A DNA stretch of 64,000 bases, from contig NC_052172.1 in assembly GCF_902713615.1 (NCBI RefSeq), positions 6,119,337 through 6,183,336 on the forward strand, in the 5' to 3' direction. This DNA is from Scyliorhinus canicula (Eukaryota). The notes under the pieces were generated by a model. It did not search any database. It saw only the letters and a program-made list of their open reading frames with translations, and was not told the DNA's origin. The stretch's first letter is position 1; every line of letters starts with the position of its first letter. A program made the position numbers and the translations under genes. This document shows, one piece after another, positions 51,090-62,700 of the stretch.

Positions 51090-53845
51090 GATAATGAAGT
51101 GTTCCATCAGTATTAACCCTCAGGCATAGACATGTTTCCTCAATATTGATTCTCAGGCAGATAAATGTTCCCTCAATACGTTGACGTTCAGACAATGAAG
51201 TGTTTATTCAGTATTGAATAAAACTGAAACAAACGAAACTGAAGTGTTCCTTCAGCGTTGAGCCCCCGACACTTAAGTGTTCCCTCAATATTGACGCTCC
51301 TACAATGAAGCATTCCCTCAGTACTGACCCTCAGACAATTATGTGTTACCTCAGTATTGACGTGCAAGCAATGAGGTGCTCCCTCAGTATTGAGTCGCAG
51401 AAAGTGAAGTTTTCCCTCAGTATTGATCCTCACACACTGAAGTGTTCCTTCGATATTGAGGTAGAGACAATAAACTGTTCCCTCAGTACTAACCATCAAA
51501 CAATGAGGTACTCCCTCAGTTGTGAGCCGCAGAAAGTGGTGTTCCCTTAGTGTTGACTCTGAGACAATGATGTTCTCCCTCAGGATTGAACCTCAGACAA
51601 TGAAGTGTTAAGTCAGTACTGAACATGAGAAAATAAAGTTTTCCATCAATATCAACTCTCAGACAACGACGTGGTCCCTCAGCATTGATCCTCAGGCAAT
51701 GAATGCTCCCTCAGTTTTAACCCTCAGACAATGAAGTATTCCCTCAGCATTAACCCTCAGACAATGATATATCAATACTGGTTCACTCAGTATTGATCAC
51801 CAGACCAAATGAATGTTCTCTCAGTTTTGACCCTCAGACAATGAAGTGCTCCCTCATTATTGACTCTCAGACAATGAAGCCTTCCCTCAGCATTAAGCCT
51901 CAACTAATGAAGTGTTCCCGCATATTGAACTCAGACAGTGAATTGCCCCTTCAGCGTTCAACCTCAGGCACTGAAATGTTGTCTCAGTTCTGACCCTCAG
52001 AAAATTAATGTTCTCTCAGTTTTAACGCTGAGACAACGTACTTGTCTCTCGGAGAAACATAGAGGAAATAGGAGCAGCTGGAGACCATTCGGCCCTTGAA
52101 GGCGGCTCTGCCATTCATTATGATCATGGCCGATCATCCAACTCAATAACATAACGCCGTTTTCTCCCATATCCTTTGATCCCCTTCGCCCTAAGTGCTA
52201 AATCTAACTTTTTCTTGAAACCATACAACGTTTTGGACTCAACAACTTCATGTGGTAGCGAATTCCACAGGCCGACCATTCTCTGACTGAAGATATATCT
52301 CCTAATTTCTGTCCTAAATGGTCGACCCTGTATCCTCAGAGTGTTCCCCTGGTTCTGGACACACCCACAATCGGGAACATCCTTTCTGCATCTTCCCTGG
52401 CCAATCCTGTTCGAAGTTTTAATAGGTTTCCTCATTCATCTGAACTCTAGCGAATACAATCCTAACTGATTCAATGACTCCGCGTACGTCAGTCCTGCCA
52501 TCCCAGGAATCCGTCTGGTAAACCTTCGCTGCATTCCCTCTATAGCTAGAACATCCTTCCTCAGATACGGAGACCGAAATTACACACAGTATTTAAGGTG
52601 TGGCCTCACCAAGGCCCGGTATATTTGCAGCAAAACACCCCTGCTCCTGTACTCGAATTCTCTCGCAATGAAGGCCAGCATACCATTTGCCTTTTTTACT
52701 GCCTGCTGCACCTACACGCTTACCTTCAGTGACTGGTGTATGAGTACACCTAGGTCCCATTGCACGTTTCCCTCTCCTAATTTATGGCCATTCAGATAAT
52801 AGTTTGCATTCTTCTTTTTGCTACCAAAGTGGATAACCTCACATTTATCCACATTATACTGCATCTGCCATTCATTTGCCCACTCACTCAAATTGTCCCA
52901 ATCACTCTCAAGGATCTCTGCATCTACCTCAAACTCAACCCCCCCCCCCCACCCAACTTCGTATCGTCTGAAATTTTAGAGATATGCCATCTTGTTTCCT
53001 CATCTAAATCATTAATATATTTTGTGAATAGCTGGGATCTTAGCACCAATCCCTGCGGTACACCAGAAGTCACTGACCTCCAATTTGAACAAGACCCGTT
53101 AATTCCTACTCTTCGTTTCTGTCTGCCAACCAGTTTCCTACCCATCGCAATACACTACCCCCAATTCCATGCATTTTGATTTTAAACACTAATGATTTAT
53201 GTGGGACTTTGTAAAAAGTCTTCAGAAAGTCCAATTATACCATATTCATGGGCTCTTTACTCGTTACATCCTCGAAGAATTCCAGTAGATTTGCAAGCAT
53301 GATTTCCCCTTTATAAATCCATGATGACTTTGTCCGATTCTGCCACTGTTTTCTAAGTGCTCTGCTATAAAATCGTTGATATTGGATTTTAGAATTTCCC
53401 CCATTGGTCTATAAATCCCTGATTTCTCTCGCCATCCCTTTTTAAATAGTGGAGTTCCATTAGCCACCCTCCAATCTGAAGGAACTGTTCCATAGTGAAA
53501 TGAAAATGAAAATCGCTTATTGTCATGAGTAGCCTTCAATGAAGTTACTGTGAAAAGCCCCTAGTCGCCACATTCCGGCGCCTGTCCGGGGAGGCTGGTA
53601 CGGGAATCCAAGTCTATAGAATCCTAGAAGATGATCACAAATGCATCCTCTATATTTCAAGCCACCTTGTTCGGTACCATGGGATGTAGATTATTGGGCT
53701 CTCGCGATTTATCAGCATTTTACCGCTCAGTATTGATCCTTAAACGCTGAACTGCTCCAGCAGCATTGAACCTCGGGCAACTACGTGTTCCCTCGGTTCT
53801 GATCCTCAGATAATGAAATGTTCCATCAGTACTGACCCTCAGGCC
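51090..53845. repeat. 33-bp minisatellite (51090-52045 and 53720-53845), split by CR1 fragments
   Basis: Same unit as the 38945 array; 11-aa periodicity in ORF 51188-51499. Confidence 0.85.
52050..53715 (-). mobile_element. CR1 LINE fragments (SINE fragment nested near 53500-53600)
   Basis: Minus-strand VTSGVPQGLVL, ISKISDDTKLGG, WRVANGTPLFKKG, FSQRMVGLWNSLP. Confidence 0.85.
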
Positions 53846-54300
53846 CCTAGTAATTGACTCTTGCACCCTGCCAATGAGCTTCTGCCTATTCACTCTGTCC
53901 ATACCTCTCATAATTCTGTGGACTTCTGTCAGGTTGCCCGTCAACTTCCATCTTTTCAGTGAGAATAAACCGAGTTTATCTAACCTCTCCTCATAGCTAA
54001 TACCCTCCATACCAGACCACATCCTAGTAAACTTCTTCTGTACCCTCTCCAGAGCCTCCAAATCCTTCTGGTAGTGTGGCGACTAGAATTGAACATTATA
54101 TTCCAAGCGTGGCATAACTAATGTAGGACCTTTACACCCAGATCCCTCTGCTTAGCAATTCTCTTCAGGGTTCTGCCACCTTTTTCCCATCTTCCAAATG
54201 CATTGCCTCACCTTTGTCCGGATTATGTTCCATCTGCTAGCTCTCTGCACCAGTCTCTAACCAATCTATATCCTGCTCTATCCTCTGACTGTCCTCATCA
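53846..54300 (-). mobile_element. CR1 LINE 3' fragment
   Basis: EALERVQKKFTRM..LDKLGLFSL. Confidence 0.8.
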
Positions 54301-54867
54301 TTATCAGTTACCATTCGGCCCATTTAGTTTACATTGACTCTCTGACACTACTGGGACCCACTCCCTTGCACTTTCCCTGTCATCCCACCTAAACCTTTGG
54401 ACAATAAAGGGCAATTGATCTTGGCCAATCCACCCAACCTGCACATCTTTAGATTGTAGGAGGAATACTGCGCACCCGGAAGAACCCCCGCAAACTGCAC
54501 AGTGATAGTCACCCAAGGCCGGAATGGAACCCAGGTCACTGACTCTGTGAGGTAGCAGTGGCACAATATCGCCTTACCTTCCTCCTATTAGTCATTCCTT
54601 AAAATCTACCCCTTTCGTTATGCTTTCGGTCTGTCGGCCTCACATCTCCCACATGATTGGGGTCCTTGCTTTCTTTAATAATGCTCCTTTGAATTTCCTT
54701 GGGTCATCCTATTTCATTAAAGGTGTTCTATAGCTCGATAAATGTGAACGATTGATTTGGCATTCAATATATTTGAATTACTGTTCTGGTGTTTATGTTA
54801 CACACGAGGCCGCCCTCCTGTCTCCTCCTTGGCTCCTGCTAACTCACCATCCCTTTCTGCCTCACAG

Positions 54868-55045
54868 GCTTTTGCAATAATCTTCAGATACATCTGTGAT
54901 ATTCCCAATTGCTGAAGGGAAAATCTGGGCGAAGTCTGCAAAGAGCTGACTGGCCACCCAGTTTGCACCATAGTTCGGGGTTGAATTTGCGCCCTTCTAA
55001 CTCATATATCATGGTCTGCCCAATTTGAGGGAAAGGGGTAAATTG
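54868..55045 (+). pseudogene. Possible relic V exon (5' half)
   Basis: Branch point ctaac + polypyrimidine + cag acceptor; IHL*(compare VHQW) then, after a frameshift, VCTIVRG*ICALLTHISWSAQFEGKG; cut off by a repeat tail. Confidence 0.35.
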
Positions 55046-55426
55046 ATATAGAACATCAAACATATCGTGCAGAAGGAGGCCACCCGGCCCATCGAGTCTG
55101 CACGACACACTTAAGCCCTCACTTCCACCCTATCTCCATAACCCAATAACCCCTCCTAAACTTTTTGGACGCTTTGGGCAATTGATCATGGCCAATCCAC
55201 TTAACCTGAACATCATTGGACTGTGGGAGATAACCGGAGCACCCGGAAGAAATCCACGCAGACAGACAGAGAACGTGCAGACTCCTCACAGCGAACGTGC
55301 AGGCGCCGTACAGAACGTGCACACTCCGCGCAGCATGGACAATATTCTGATTGGTCTTTCGCACAGACGGCAAATGCGAAGATCCAATGCGGCTGGGATG
55401 GGAGATTGACGCACTTCCCTTTCTAA

Positions 55427-55516
55427 AGTGACGCATTAACGCTGCCCCAACGTGACAAGTTCCTCAGCCAAAACTGTCAGAAGCGGCGCTGCAGCTGGAG
55501 ATTGAATCCTGAGTCA
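55427..55516 (+). promoter_or_regulatory. V promoter: CRE/decamer-like agtgacgcat and AP-1 tgagtca
   Basis: agtgacgcat at 55427-55436 and tgagtca at 55510-55516, just upstream of ATG 55524. Confidence 0.45.
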
Positions 55517-55523
55517 ACCCGCG

Positions 55524-56245
55524 ATGTCTTTCCAATTTCTCGTCCTCATTGTTTTCCTTCTGCTGCCATGTAAGCCGGGGAATTAATGGAATCGCTACAG
55601 GTCAACACGTGTGATTATCATGTAACGGTTGTAACCCACATTTAAAACCTGATCCACATCAAAGGATCAACATAAAATCGTATCAGTAAACAATTGACAA
55701 ATGATGAACAGATCGAAATAAAGCGATTTTTGTTTGAAGCAGTTGTTTGTGATGTCGAAGGGCGGTAGAAGCAAATTCTAAAGTGGTTTATAAAAATAAA
55801 CTTGTGTCGGCGACAAGGAACAAAAATTGCAAACTGTGGGGCTGACGAGCTGGAATGGGTCACATTTTGTCTCAACGTTAATGCAGCAGTGACCCGGTGT
55901 GACTTTCACATATTAATGGCCGAAATCTTTTTTCAGGTGCTTTCTCGAAGGATGTGGTCCATCAGTGGCCGGTTACAGTCGCCGTGAAGGAAGGTGGGGC
56001 TGCCCAACTGAACTGTGAGCAGAAGGGAACTATCCGCACTACCATGCTCTGGTACCGGCAGCGCCCCGGGGAGGGGCTCACTCTCATCGGGTTCACGGTG
56101 ACCGGGAGCCAAGCGAACTACGAAGCCGATTTTAACGCCGGATATACCATTGCCCAAAATGCGGACGGTAGCAATTCGGAGCTGCGTTTGGATAGCGCCA
56201 GAGGGTCAGACACGGCGGTTTATTATTGTGTAGCTACCGATGGAG
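55524..56245 (+). CDS. TRBV: TCR beta V segment, functional, TRBV20/29-like (leader 55524-55569; V exon 55937-56245)
   Basis: MSFQFLVLIVFLLLP|gtaag...ttcag|CAFSKDVVHQWPVTV..QLNCEQKG..MLWYRQRPGEGLTLIG..GSQANYE..DTAVYYCVATDG. Confidence 0.9.
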
Positions 56246-56284
56246 CACAGAGCTTCAGAACAGGTCTGCTCCCTAACAAAAACC
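56246..56284 (+). other. 23-RSS
   Basis: cacagag + 23 nt + acaaaaacc. Confidence 0.9.
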
Positions 56285-56489
56285 CCCAGCGACCAAAAAT
56301 CCATCCCCATCCGTTTAGTCGGAAGTTATTGTGTGTCATGGATCCCCAGGTTGTCAGCCACACTGCTGGGAGGCGGAAGAGTGACTAGACTGCGGCTTGT
56401 TGGGATCTCTCACTGACACTATGGGGCAAAGGACAGATAACTGAGGAGAGGGGCGTGAATACGACTCAAATGAGGGGAGGGCGTGTCAA

Positions 56490-56810
56490 TCATTTTCATA
56501 GAATTTACAGTGTAGGTGGAGGCCATCCGACCTATCCAGTCTGCACCGCCCCTTGGAAAGAGCACCCTCCACCCTATCCCCGTAATCCAGTAATGCCACC
56601 CGACCTCTTTGAACTCTAAGGACAGTTTAGCACGGCCAATCCACTTAACCTGCACATCTTTGGACTGTGGGAGGAAACCGGAGCACCAAGAGGACACCCA
56701 CGCAGACACGGGGAGAACGTGCAGTCTCCACACAGACAGTGACCCAAGCGGGGAATCAAAACTGGGACCATAGAGCTGCAAAGAAACTGTGCTAACCATT
56801 GTGCTTCCGG
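56490..56810 (-). mobile_element. HE1-like SINE
   Basis: Reverse complement of SINE body and tail. Confidence 0.8.
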
Positions 56811-57583
56811 GCCGCCCTTTCTGTGTGGTTCTGACCTCCAATCAGCCGAGAAAGGGGAGGAGTTGGGACGGGGATGGGGAGGGGCCTTCCACGGTGCCCT
56901 CCGCGAACACCAGCAACTTCTTTTGGCCACTATCTTTGTTCTGTCAGAAAAATTGTCCGCAGTAAACTCGGTCCCTCCATTCACAGAACTTGCAAACTAT
57001 TCAAGCCCCAGCTCTGTCCACGTGACACTGCCTTTTTCCACAATCTGCCCAAGCTGACACAATTACCCCGGCGCTGTGTGAAGTCAGGAACGCCGATGTG
57101 AGGGCCTGCAGGGATGAGAATGTTGGCTCTCAGGGCGCTGAATCACTGCGGCACTCGGCAGCCCAGCCATGCAGAGAAATGTAGAACCAGTCCAGGACCT
57201 CCCTGATACTCGGAACGGAAGGTCTCAGGATTCGCAAACCGATCATCGTACACTTGAACAGACATTGCATTTCTCTGTCTGCAATTAGAATGTCGATTAT
57301 GCCATTTCTCCTCACCCAGTTCTTGCTGAACCTAATTTCCAGGGGTATTGTCAGGAGGCACAGGAAGCATTCTGTACACAAAGTGTAATGGAGACCTCGA
57401 CCTCTCCCCCCCCCAAAAGCTGCTGTGTGTGTGTGTGTGTGGTATTGGGGAGGGGGTAAATCCGAATTCTTGAAATACGTCAAAGAAGGCGGGTATTTAA
57501 CTCATCGTTTCCGTTCTAGCTGTGGAATAACTGATCACAACTTTTATCTATAATTTAGCAAAACGTCGACTCCATCGTTACAT

Positions 57584-57711
57584 TAAACTCGAGTCATTGG
57601 ACTCGAAACGTTAGCTATTTTCTCCCCCTACAGATGCTGCCAGACCTGCTGAGATTTTCCAGCATTTTTTCTTCCGTTTCAGCTTCCAGCATCCGCAGTA
57701 ATTTCCTTTGG
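57584..57711. mobile_element. Short interspersed insertion (Penelope-type terminal repeat remnant) with 13-bp TSD
   Basis: TSD tccatcgttacat at 57571-57583 and 57712-57724; internal gagtc-attg-gactc-gaaacg hairpin. Confidence 0.6.
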
Positions 57712-58074
57712 TCCATCGTTACATGTTGAGCTTGATGTGTCTTAATAATCTAAGCCTAATTTCTGGTTTCAGGCGCTTCCTGGGGCCATGCAATGCAGCA
57801 AAGCCGATGGGCTGCTGAACGAGCAGGCACTGGACTGGAGTCACCGGCAGAAGAGTTCGGAAAGCAGGCTGTAATGTCATCAGTCCGCCTGGGGTAGCGC
57901 TGTGGGAAACGGAGCTCCTCATTTTAGCAGGTGAAGCCCAGTGAATTCAGGGAATTTCGGAAGGAGGCTGTTATAATAAAATTATGGTGAATGGGAAGCG
58001 AGCAAGAAGAAGGCGAGAGTTTAACCGACAGCCGTGGCAGCTGGCTTCTGCGCAGTTGGTCTCCTGACTGGCGG

Positions 58075-58740
58075 TTCAGAGTTACAGAGGTCTGTAGCAC
58101 AGAAAACGCCCATCGGCCCATTGCATCTGTACCGGTCAGAAACGACCACTTAACTATCCTAATCCCATTTCCAGCAGCTGGTCCACAGTCTTTTATACGT
58201 TGACATCGCAAGTGCACAACTGAAGACTTCTTGAATGTAATGAGGGTTTCTCCCTTCACCTGCCTTTCAGGCAGCGAGTTCCGGACTCCCACCTCCCTCT
58301 GGGTGAAATCCTCACATTCCCGCTACACTTCCTTAAATCTATACCCCCTGCTCATTGATCCATCCATCAAGGGGACATATATCTTCCTGTCTCCTCTATC
58401 TGTGCCCCTCATAATTTTATATATTGCAATCATGTCCCCCCTCAGTCTCCTGTGCTCCAAGGAAATCACCCCAGTCTATCCAATCTCTCTTCACAGCGAA
58501 AACTCTCCAGCCCATGCCACATACTGATAACTCTCCTCTGGACCCTTTCTAGTGCGATTGCATCTCTCCTATAACGTGGATTCCATAACTGCACACAGTA
58601 CTCTAGTTTTGGGCGAACCAACGTCGATACAGTTCCAGCATAACCTCCCTGCTCTTAAACTCTTTCCTTCCGTTAAGAAAGGTAAACATGCTGCGTGTCT
58701 TCGAAACACTGTATCCACCTGCTCTGCTATCTTAAGGAAT
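58075..58740 (-). mobile_element. CR1 LINE 3' fragment
   Basis: Minus-strand CR1 3' region (VRNSLPERQV..TLITFKK). Confidence 0.7.
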
Positions 58741-59394
58741 GAAAATGAAATGAAATGAAAATCGCTTATTGTCACGAGTAGGCTTCAATGAAGATACTGT
58801 GAAAATCCCCTAGTCGCCACATTCCGGCGCCTGTCCGGGGAGGCTGGTACGGGAATCGGACTGTGCTGCTGGCCTGCTTGGTCTGCTTTAAAAGCCAGCG
58901 ATTTAGCCTGGTGAGCTAAACCAGCCCCTAAACAAGGACCCTCTGACGACGCTTGGAGCTTTCCATGATCCTGACATTTATCTTGTTGGTCCTGCCCACA
59001 TCCGTCACCTCACATTTATCTGGATTCAATCGATCAAAATCGGTGGGGTGGGGTGACTTGTGGGATTGTTCGGTTGATGGGTGGGCTGGGGGTGAGGGGA
59101 GTGGGGTGAGTGGGTTGGAGATGGGTGGTTGGGAGTGGAGAGCAATGATAGCTCGGTGAATTGCTTAGATCAATGCATAGGGGGATCCATATAAGGACAT
59201 GGGGGAGAGAGAGGAACACAAGGTGCTGCTCATGGGGTGAGATGAGGAAAATTATGTGGAGACTGGTGGAGTCGGTCTGACTGTGGCTAAATGGAGCGAT
59301 TTTGCAATGTGCATTTAATGTAACTGTGCATGACACATGTGAGTATCTGGGAAAGGGGCCCATCAGAGTGTGGGTCTATTTCAAATATGTCTTC

Positions 59395-59650
59395 CCACAA
59401 ACATAGAACGCCAGGAGGCCATTCGGCCCATCGAATCGGCACCGAACCTTCGAAAGACCACCCCACCAAGGGTCCAGTCCCGAACCCTATTCCCGCAACT
59501 GCACCCGAAGGGGCGCAGGGTACATGTCCAGACCTATACATCGTTCGTCTGTGACTGAGAGAAAAAATACATTAGCCACCAGGTCGGAATCGGACCCGAG
59601 TCCCTAGCGCTGTGAGGCAGCAGAGGTAACCACTATACCACCGTGCCGCC
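59395..59650 (-). mobile_element. tRNA-derived SINE
   Basis: Minus-strand ggcggcacggtgg..tagtggtta..gggtccgattcc head. Confidence 0.65.
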
Positions 59651-60495
59651 ACTTGAAGCGCCCTTCCTAAGCGATTACACTGGGAAAATCATGGATAGAT
59701 CTCTTTGCTCACTGTCACTTGGATTATGTTGCATCTCCATTGAATATTGTGGGATGACACAGTTCTTCATGTCTTATCCATCGTAGACCAACTGAAGCAG
59801 ATTTGTGAATTCACCTGGTGTGTTTGAAGGAAGACAGAAAGACCGGAGAAACTCAGCCGTTTCGGCCGCATCGATAGAGATAAACTGCTGAGTCAAAGAC
59901 TGTCCCCGAAGAGGCGCCGGAATGTGGCGACTCGGGGATTTTCGCAGTAACTTCATTGCAGTGATAATTTAAGCCTACTTGTGGTAATAAAGATTATTAT
60001 TAACATTAAAAATATTCTTCTTAAGAATTTTAGTTAAAACCAGCAGCTGAGCTGACAGATGACACGTTCCTGGCACAGTGTTTGCAATTTTCGCCAGGCC
60101 GCTGCTTTATTCGCAGGCTGGTGCAAGAGACGAAACGAGCGAACAACTTTCTCACAGATTGATGCATTGTGATGTTTAATATGTGGGAACTCATTTCCCC
60201 AGGGCCAGGGGGAACACTGTGTCCATTTGCGGCCGGGTGTCAGGGAGGGAATTCGTTACAATGGAGCAAGAGAGGAGGCTGCGCAGTGATGTGGAGGGAT
60301 GTAGCTGGGGGGAGGGGAGGGGACGGTGTCTGAGGGATTGGCAATTCGAGTATTAGTGGGCGGGACTCAGAGTGAGTGGAGTGCTGCTGTCAATCAAACT
60401 GAAAGGCAACTCTATAAACGGCCAAGTGCTGCCAAGGGGACCGGTGGTCGAAATCAAGGTCTGGTCGGTTTCTCCGGTGCGTACTGCTAATCAGA

Positions 60496-60927
60496 ATGCA
60501 TTTAACGCGATTTTTGGTGCCTGCCCTTCTGTTGCACGGTGAGCTTCCCTCGGTATTTACTTTTTCGCAGTTTGGCGCCGAATTTGAGAACCCTCTGATT
60601 TTTAATCCCACCATTTTCCTCCCATTGGCAGGTGTAGCAGGCGGGACAGTAGATCAAAGTCCAGCTGTCATCTCCGAATCCCAGAATTCCCCCCTCAAAA
60701 TCCTCTGTTCCGCAAAGGGTTCCTTCGGCTCCGAGTTTACCTGGTACCGCCAGCTGGAAAATGGGGAGCTCTTGTTGCTCTTCCACTCGCCCAACACTAA
60801 CACGGTCGATCCGAATAAGGAGGTGGACGGCTTTACCGCCTCCCGGAGCGACGCCTCTACTTTCCATCTGCAGGCGTCCAGCCTGCGAGCGAACCACACT
60901 GGGGTGTATTACTGTGCCTGGAGACTC
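60496..60927 (+). CDS. TRBV: TCR beta V segment, functional, CAWR subfamily (leader 60496-60538; V exon 60632-60927)
   Basis: TATA-like ctataaa near 60412; MHLTRFLVPALLLH|gtgag...ggcag|GVAGGTVDQSPAV..KILCSAKGSFGSEFTWYRQ..NHTGVYYCAWRL. Confidence 0.92.
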
Positions 60928-60966
60928 CACAGTGACACGAGGAACAGGATGAGTGCAACAAAAACC
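60928..60966 (+). other. 23-RSS (consensus)
   Basis: cacagtg + 23 nt + acaaaaacc. Confidence 0.95.
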
Positions 60967-61242
60967 CGGTGCGGCAGAAGAAGGGTTACCAGCACTGAAC
61001 CAGTCACCGCAGTGCTGTGTGTTACACTCAATAAACACACCGATCCCGAGATGGCTGCCACCCCGCTCTGGACTTTGTTGCTCATGGCAACGGATAAGGT
61101 GTAGCTGGCCTCTGAGGTGTCAGTGACCGCACTGTAACGGCTCGGGGTGTCCACCTTTGGGACGTAGCTCCTTACTCTCTTCAATAACACAGCTTGTCGG
61201 TGTCGACTCTGGGTCGCTCTGCTTTCATACCACTCTCTCACT

Positions 61243-61919
61243 NNNNNNNNNNNNNNNNNNNNNNNNNNNNNNNNNNNNNNNNNNNNNNNNNNNNNNNNNN
61301 NNNNNNNNNNNNNNNNNNNNNNNNNNNNNNNNNNNNNNNNNNNNNNNNNNNNNNNNNNNNNNNNNNNNNNNNNNNNNNNNNNNNNNNNNNNNNNNNNNNN
61401 NNNNNNNNNNNNNNNNNNNNNNNNNNNNNNNNNNNNNNNNNNNNNNNNNNNNNNNNNNNNNNNNNNNNNNNNNNNNNNNNNNNNNNNNNNNNNNNNNNNN
61501 NNNNNNNNNNNNNNNNNNNNNNNNNNNNNNNNNNNNNNNNNNNNNNNNNNNNNNNNNNNNNNNNNNNNNNNNNNNNNNNNNNNNNNNNNNNNNNNNNNNN
61601 NNNNNNNNNNNNNNNNNNNNNNNNNNNNNNNNNNNNNNNNNNNNNNNNNNNNNNNNNNNNNNNNNNNNNNNNNNNNNNNNNNNNNNNNNNNNNNNNNNNN
61701 NNNNNNNNNNNNNNNNNNNNNNNNNNNNNNNNNNNNNNNNNNNNNNNNNNNNNNNNNNNNNNNNNNNNNNNNNNNNNNNNNNNNNNNNNNNNNNNNNNNN
61801 NNNNNNNNNNNNNNNNNNNNNNNNNNNNNNNNNNNNNNNNNNNNNNNNNNNNNNNNNNNNNNNNNNNNNNNNNNNNNNNNNNNNNNNNNNNNNNNNNNNN
61901 NNNNNNNNNNNNNNNNNNN
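61243..61919. other. Assembly gap (677 N)
   Basis: Run of n. Confidence 1.
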
Positions 61920-62215
61920 GGTCGCACAGTGGTTAGCACTGTTGCTTTACAGCGGCAGCGATTGATTCCCGGCTGTGGTCGCTGTCTGTGCGGACTCTGT
62001 GCGTTCTCCTCGTGTCTGTGTGGGTTTCCTCCGGGTGCTCCGGTTTCCTCCCACAAGTCCCGAAAGCCGTGCTGTTAGGTGAATTGAATATTCCGAATTC
62101 TTCCTCAGTGTACCCGAACAGACAACGGAATCTAGCGACCAGGGGATGTTCACAGTAACTTCATTGCAGTGTTAATGTAAGCCGACTTGTCACAATAAAG
62201 ATCATTGTGATTATA
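61920..62215 (+). mobile_element. tRNA-derived SINE, (ATT)n-tail family
   Basis: cacagtggttagc A-box; tail cagtaacttcattgcagtgttaatgtaagcc. Confidence 0.8.
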
Positions 62216-62700
62216 AAGAAAATCTGTAATATTTTAGTTGAATCAGGAGCTGACAGCGGACAATTTCCCGGTGCAATATTTAAAATTTTCTCCAGGCCGC
62301 TGCTTCATTCGCGGTCCAGTGCAAGAGCCGGAACGAGCGACACTTTCTCACAAATTGAGTCATTGTGATGTTTAATATCTGGGAACTCATTTCCCCAGCG
62401 GCTGGGGGAGCAATGTACCGAATTGCGGCCGGTTGTCAGAGAGGATGGGGAGGAGATGTGTTGCAATGGAGCAAGGGAGGAGGCTGCTCAATAATGTGAT
62501 CGGTTGGAGGTGGGGGGAGGGTTGGGGACTGTGTCTGAGGGATTGGCAATTCGAGTATTAGTGGGAGGAGCTTAGAGTGAGTGGGGTGCAGCTGTCAATC
62601 AAAGTGAAAGGCAACTCTATAAACGGCGAAAAGTTCCCAAGGGAGCGGCTGTTTGAAATCAAGGTCTGGTCGATTTCTCCCGTGCAAACTGTTAATCAGA

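Noticed and set aside
51090-52045. CRISPR-like array or 11-aa repeat C/H-rich protein (ORF 51188-51499)
   Set aside because: Contiguous degenerate tandem units with no unique spacers, in eukaryotic DNA; periodicity comes from the 33-bp unit
61157-62078. ORFs of 259-294 aa
   Set aside because: Artefacts of translating through the N gap
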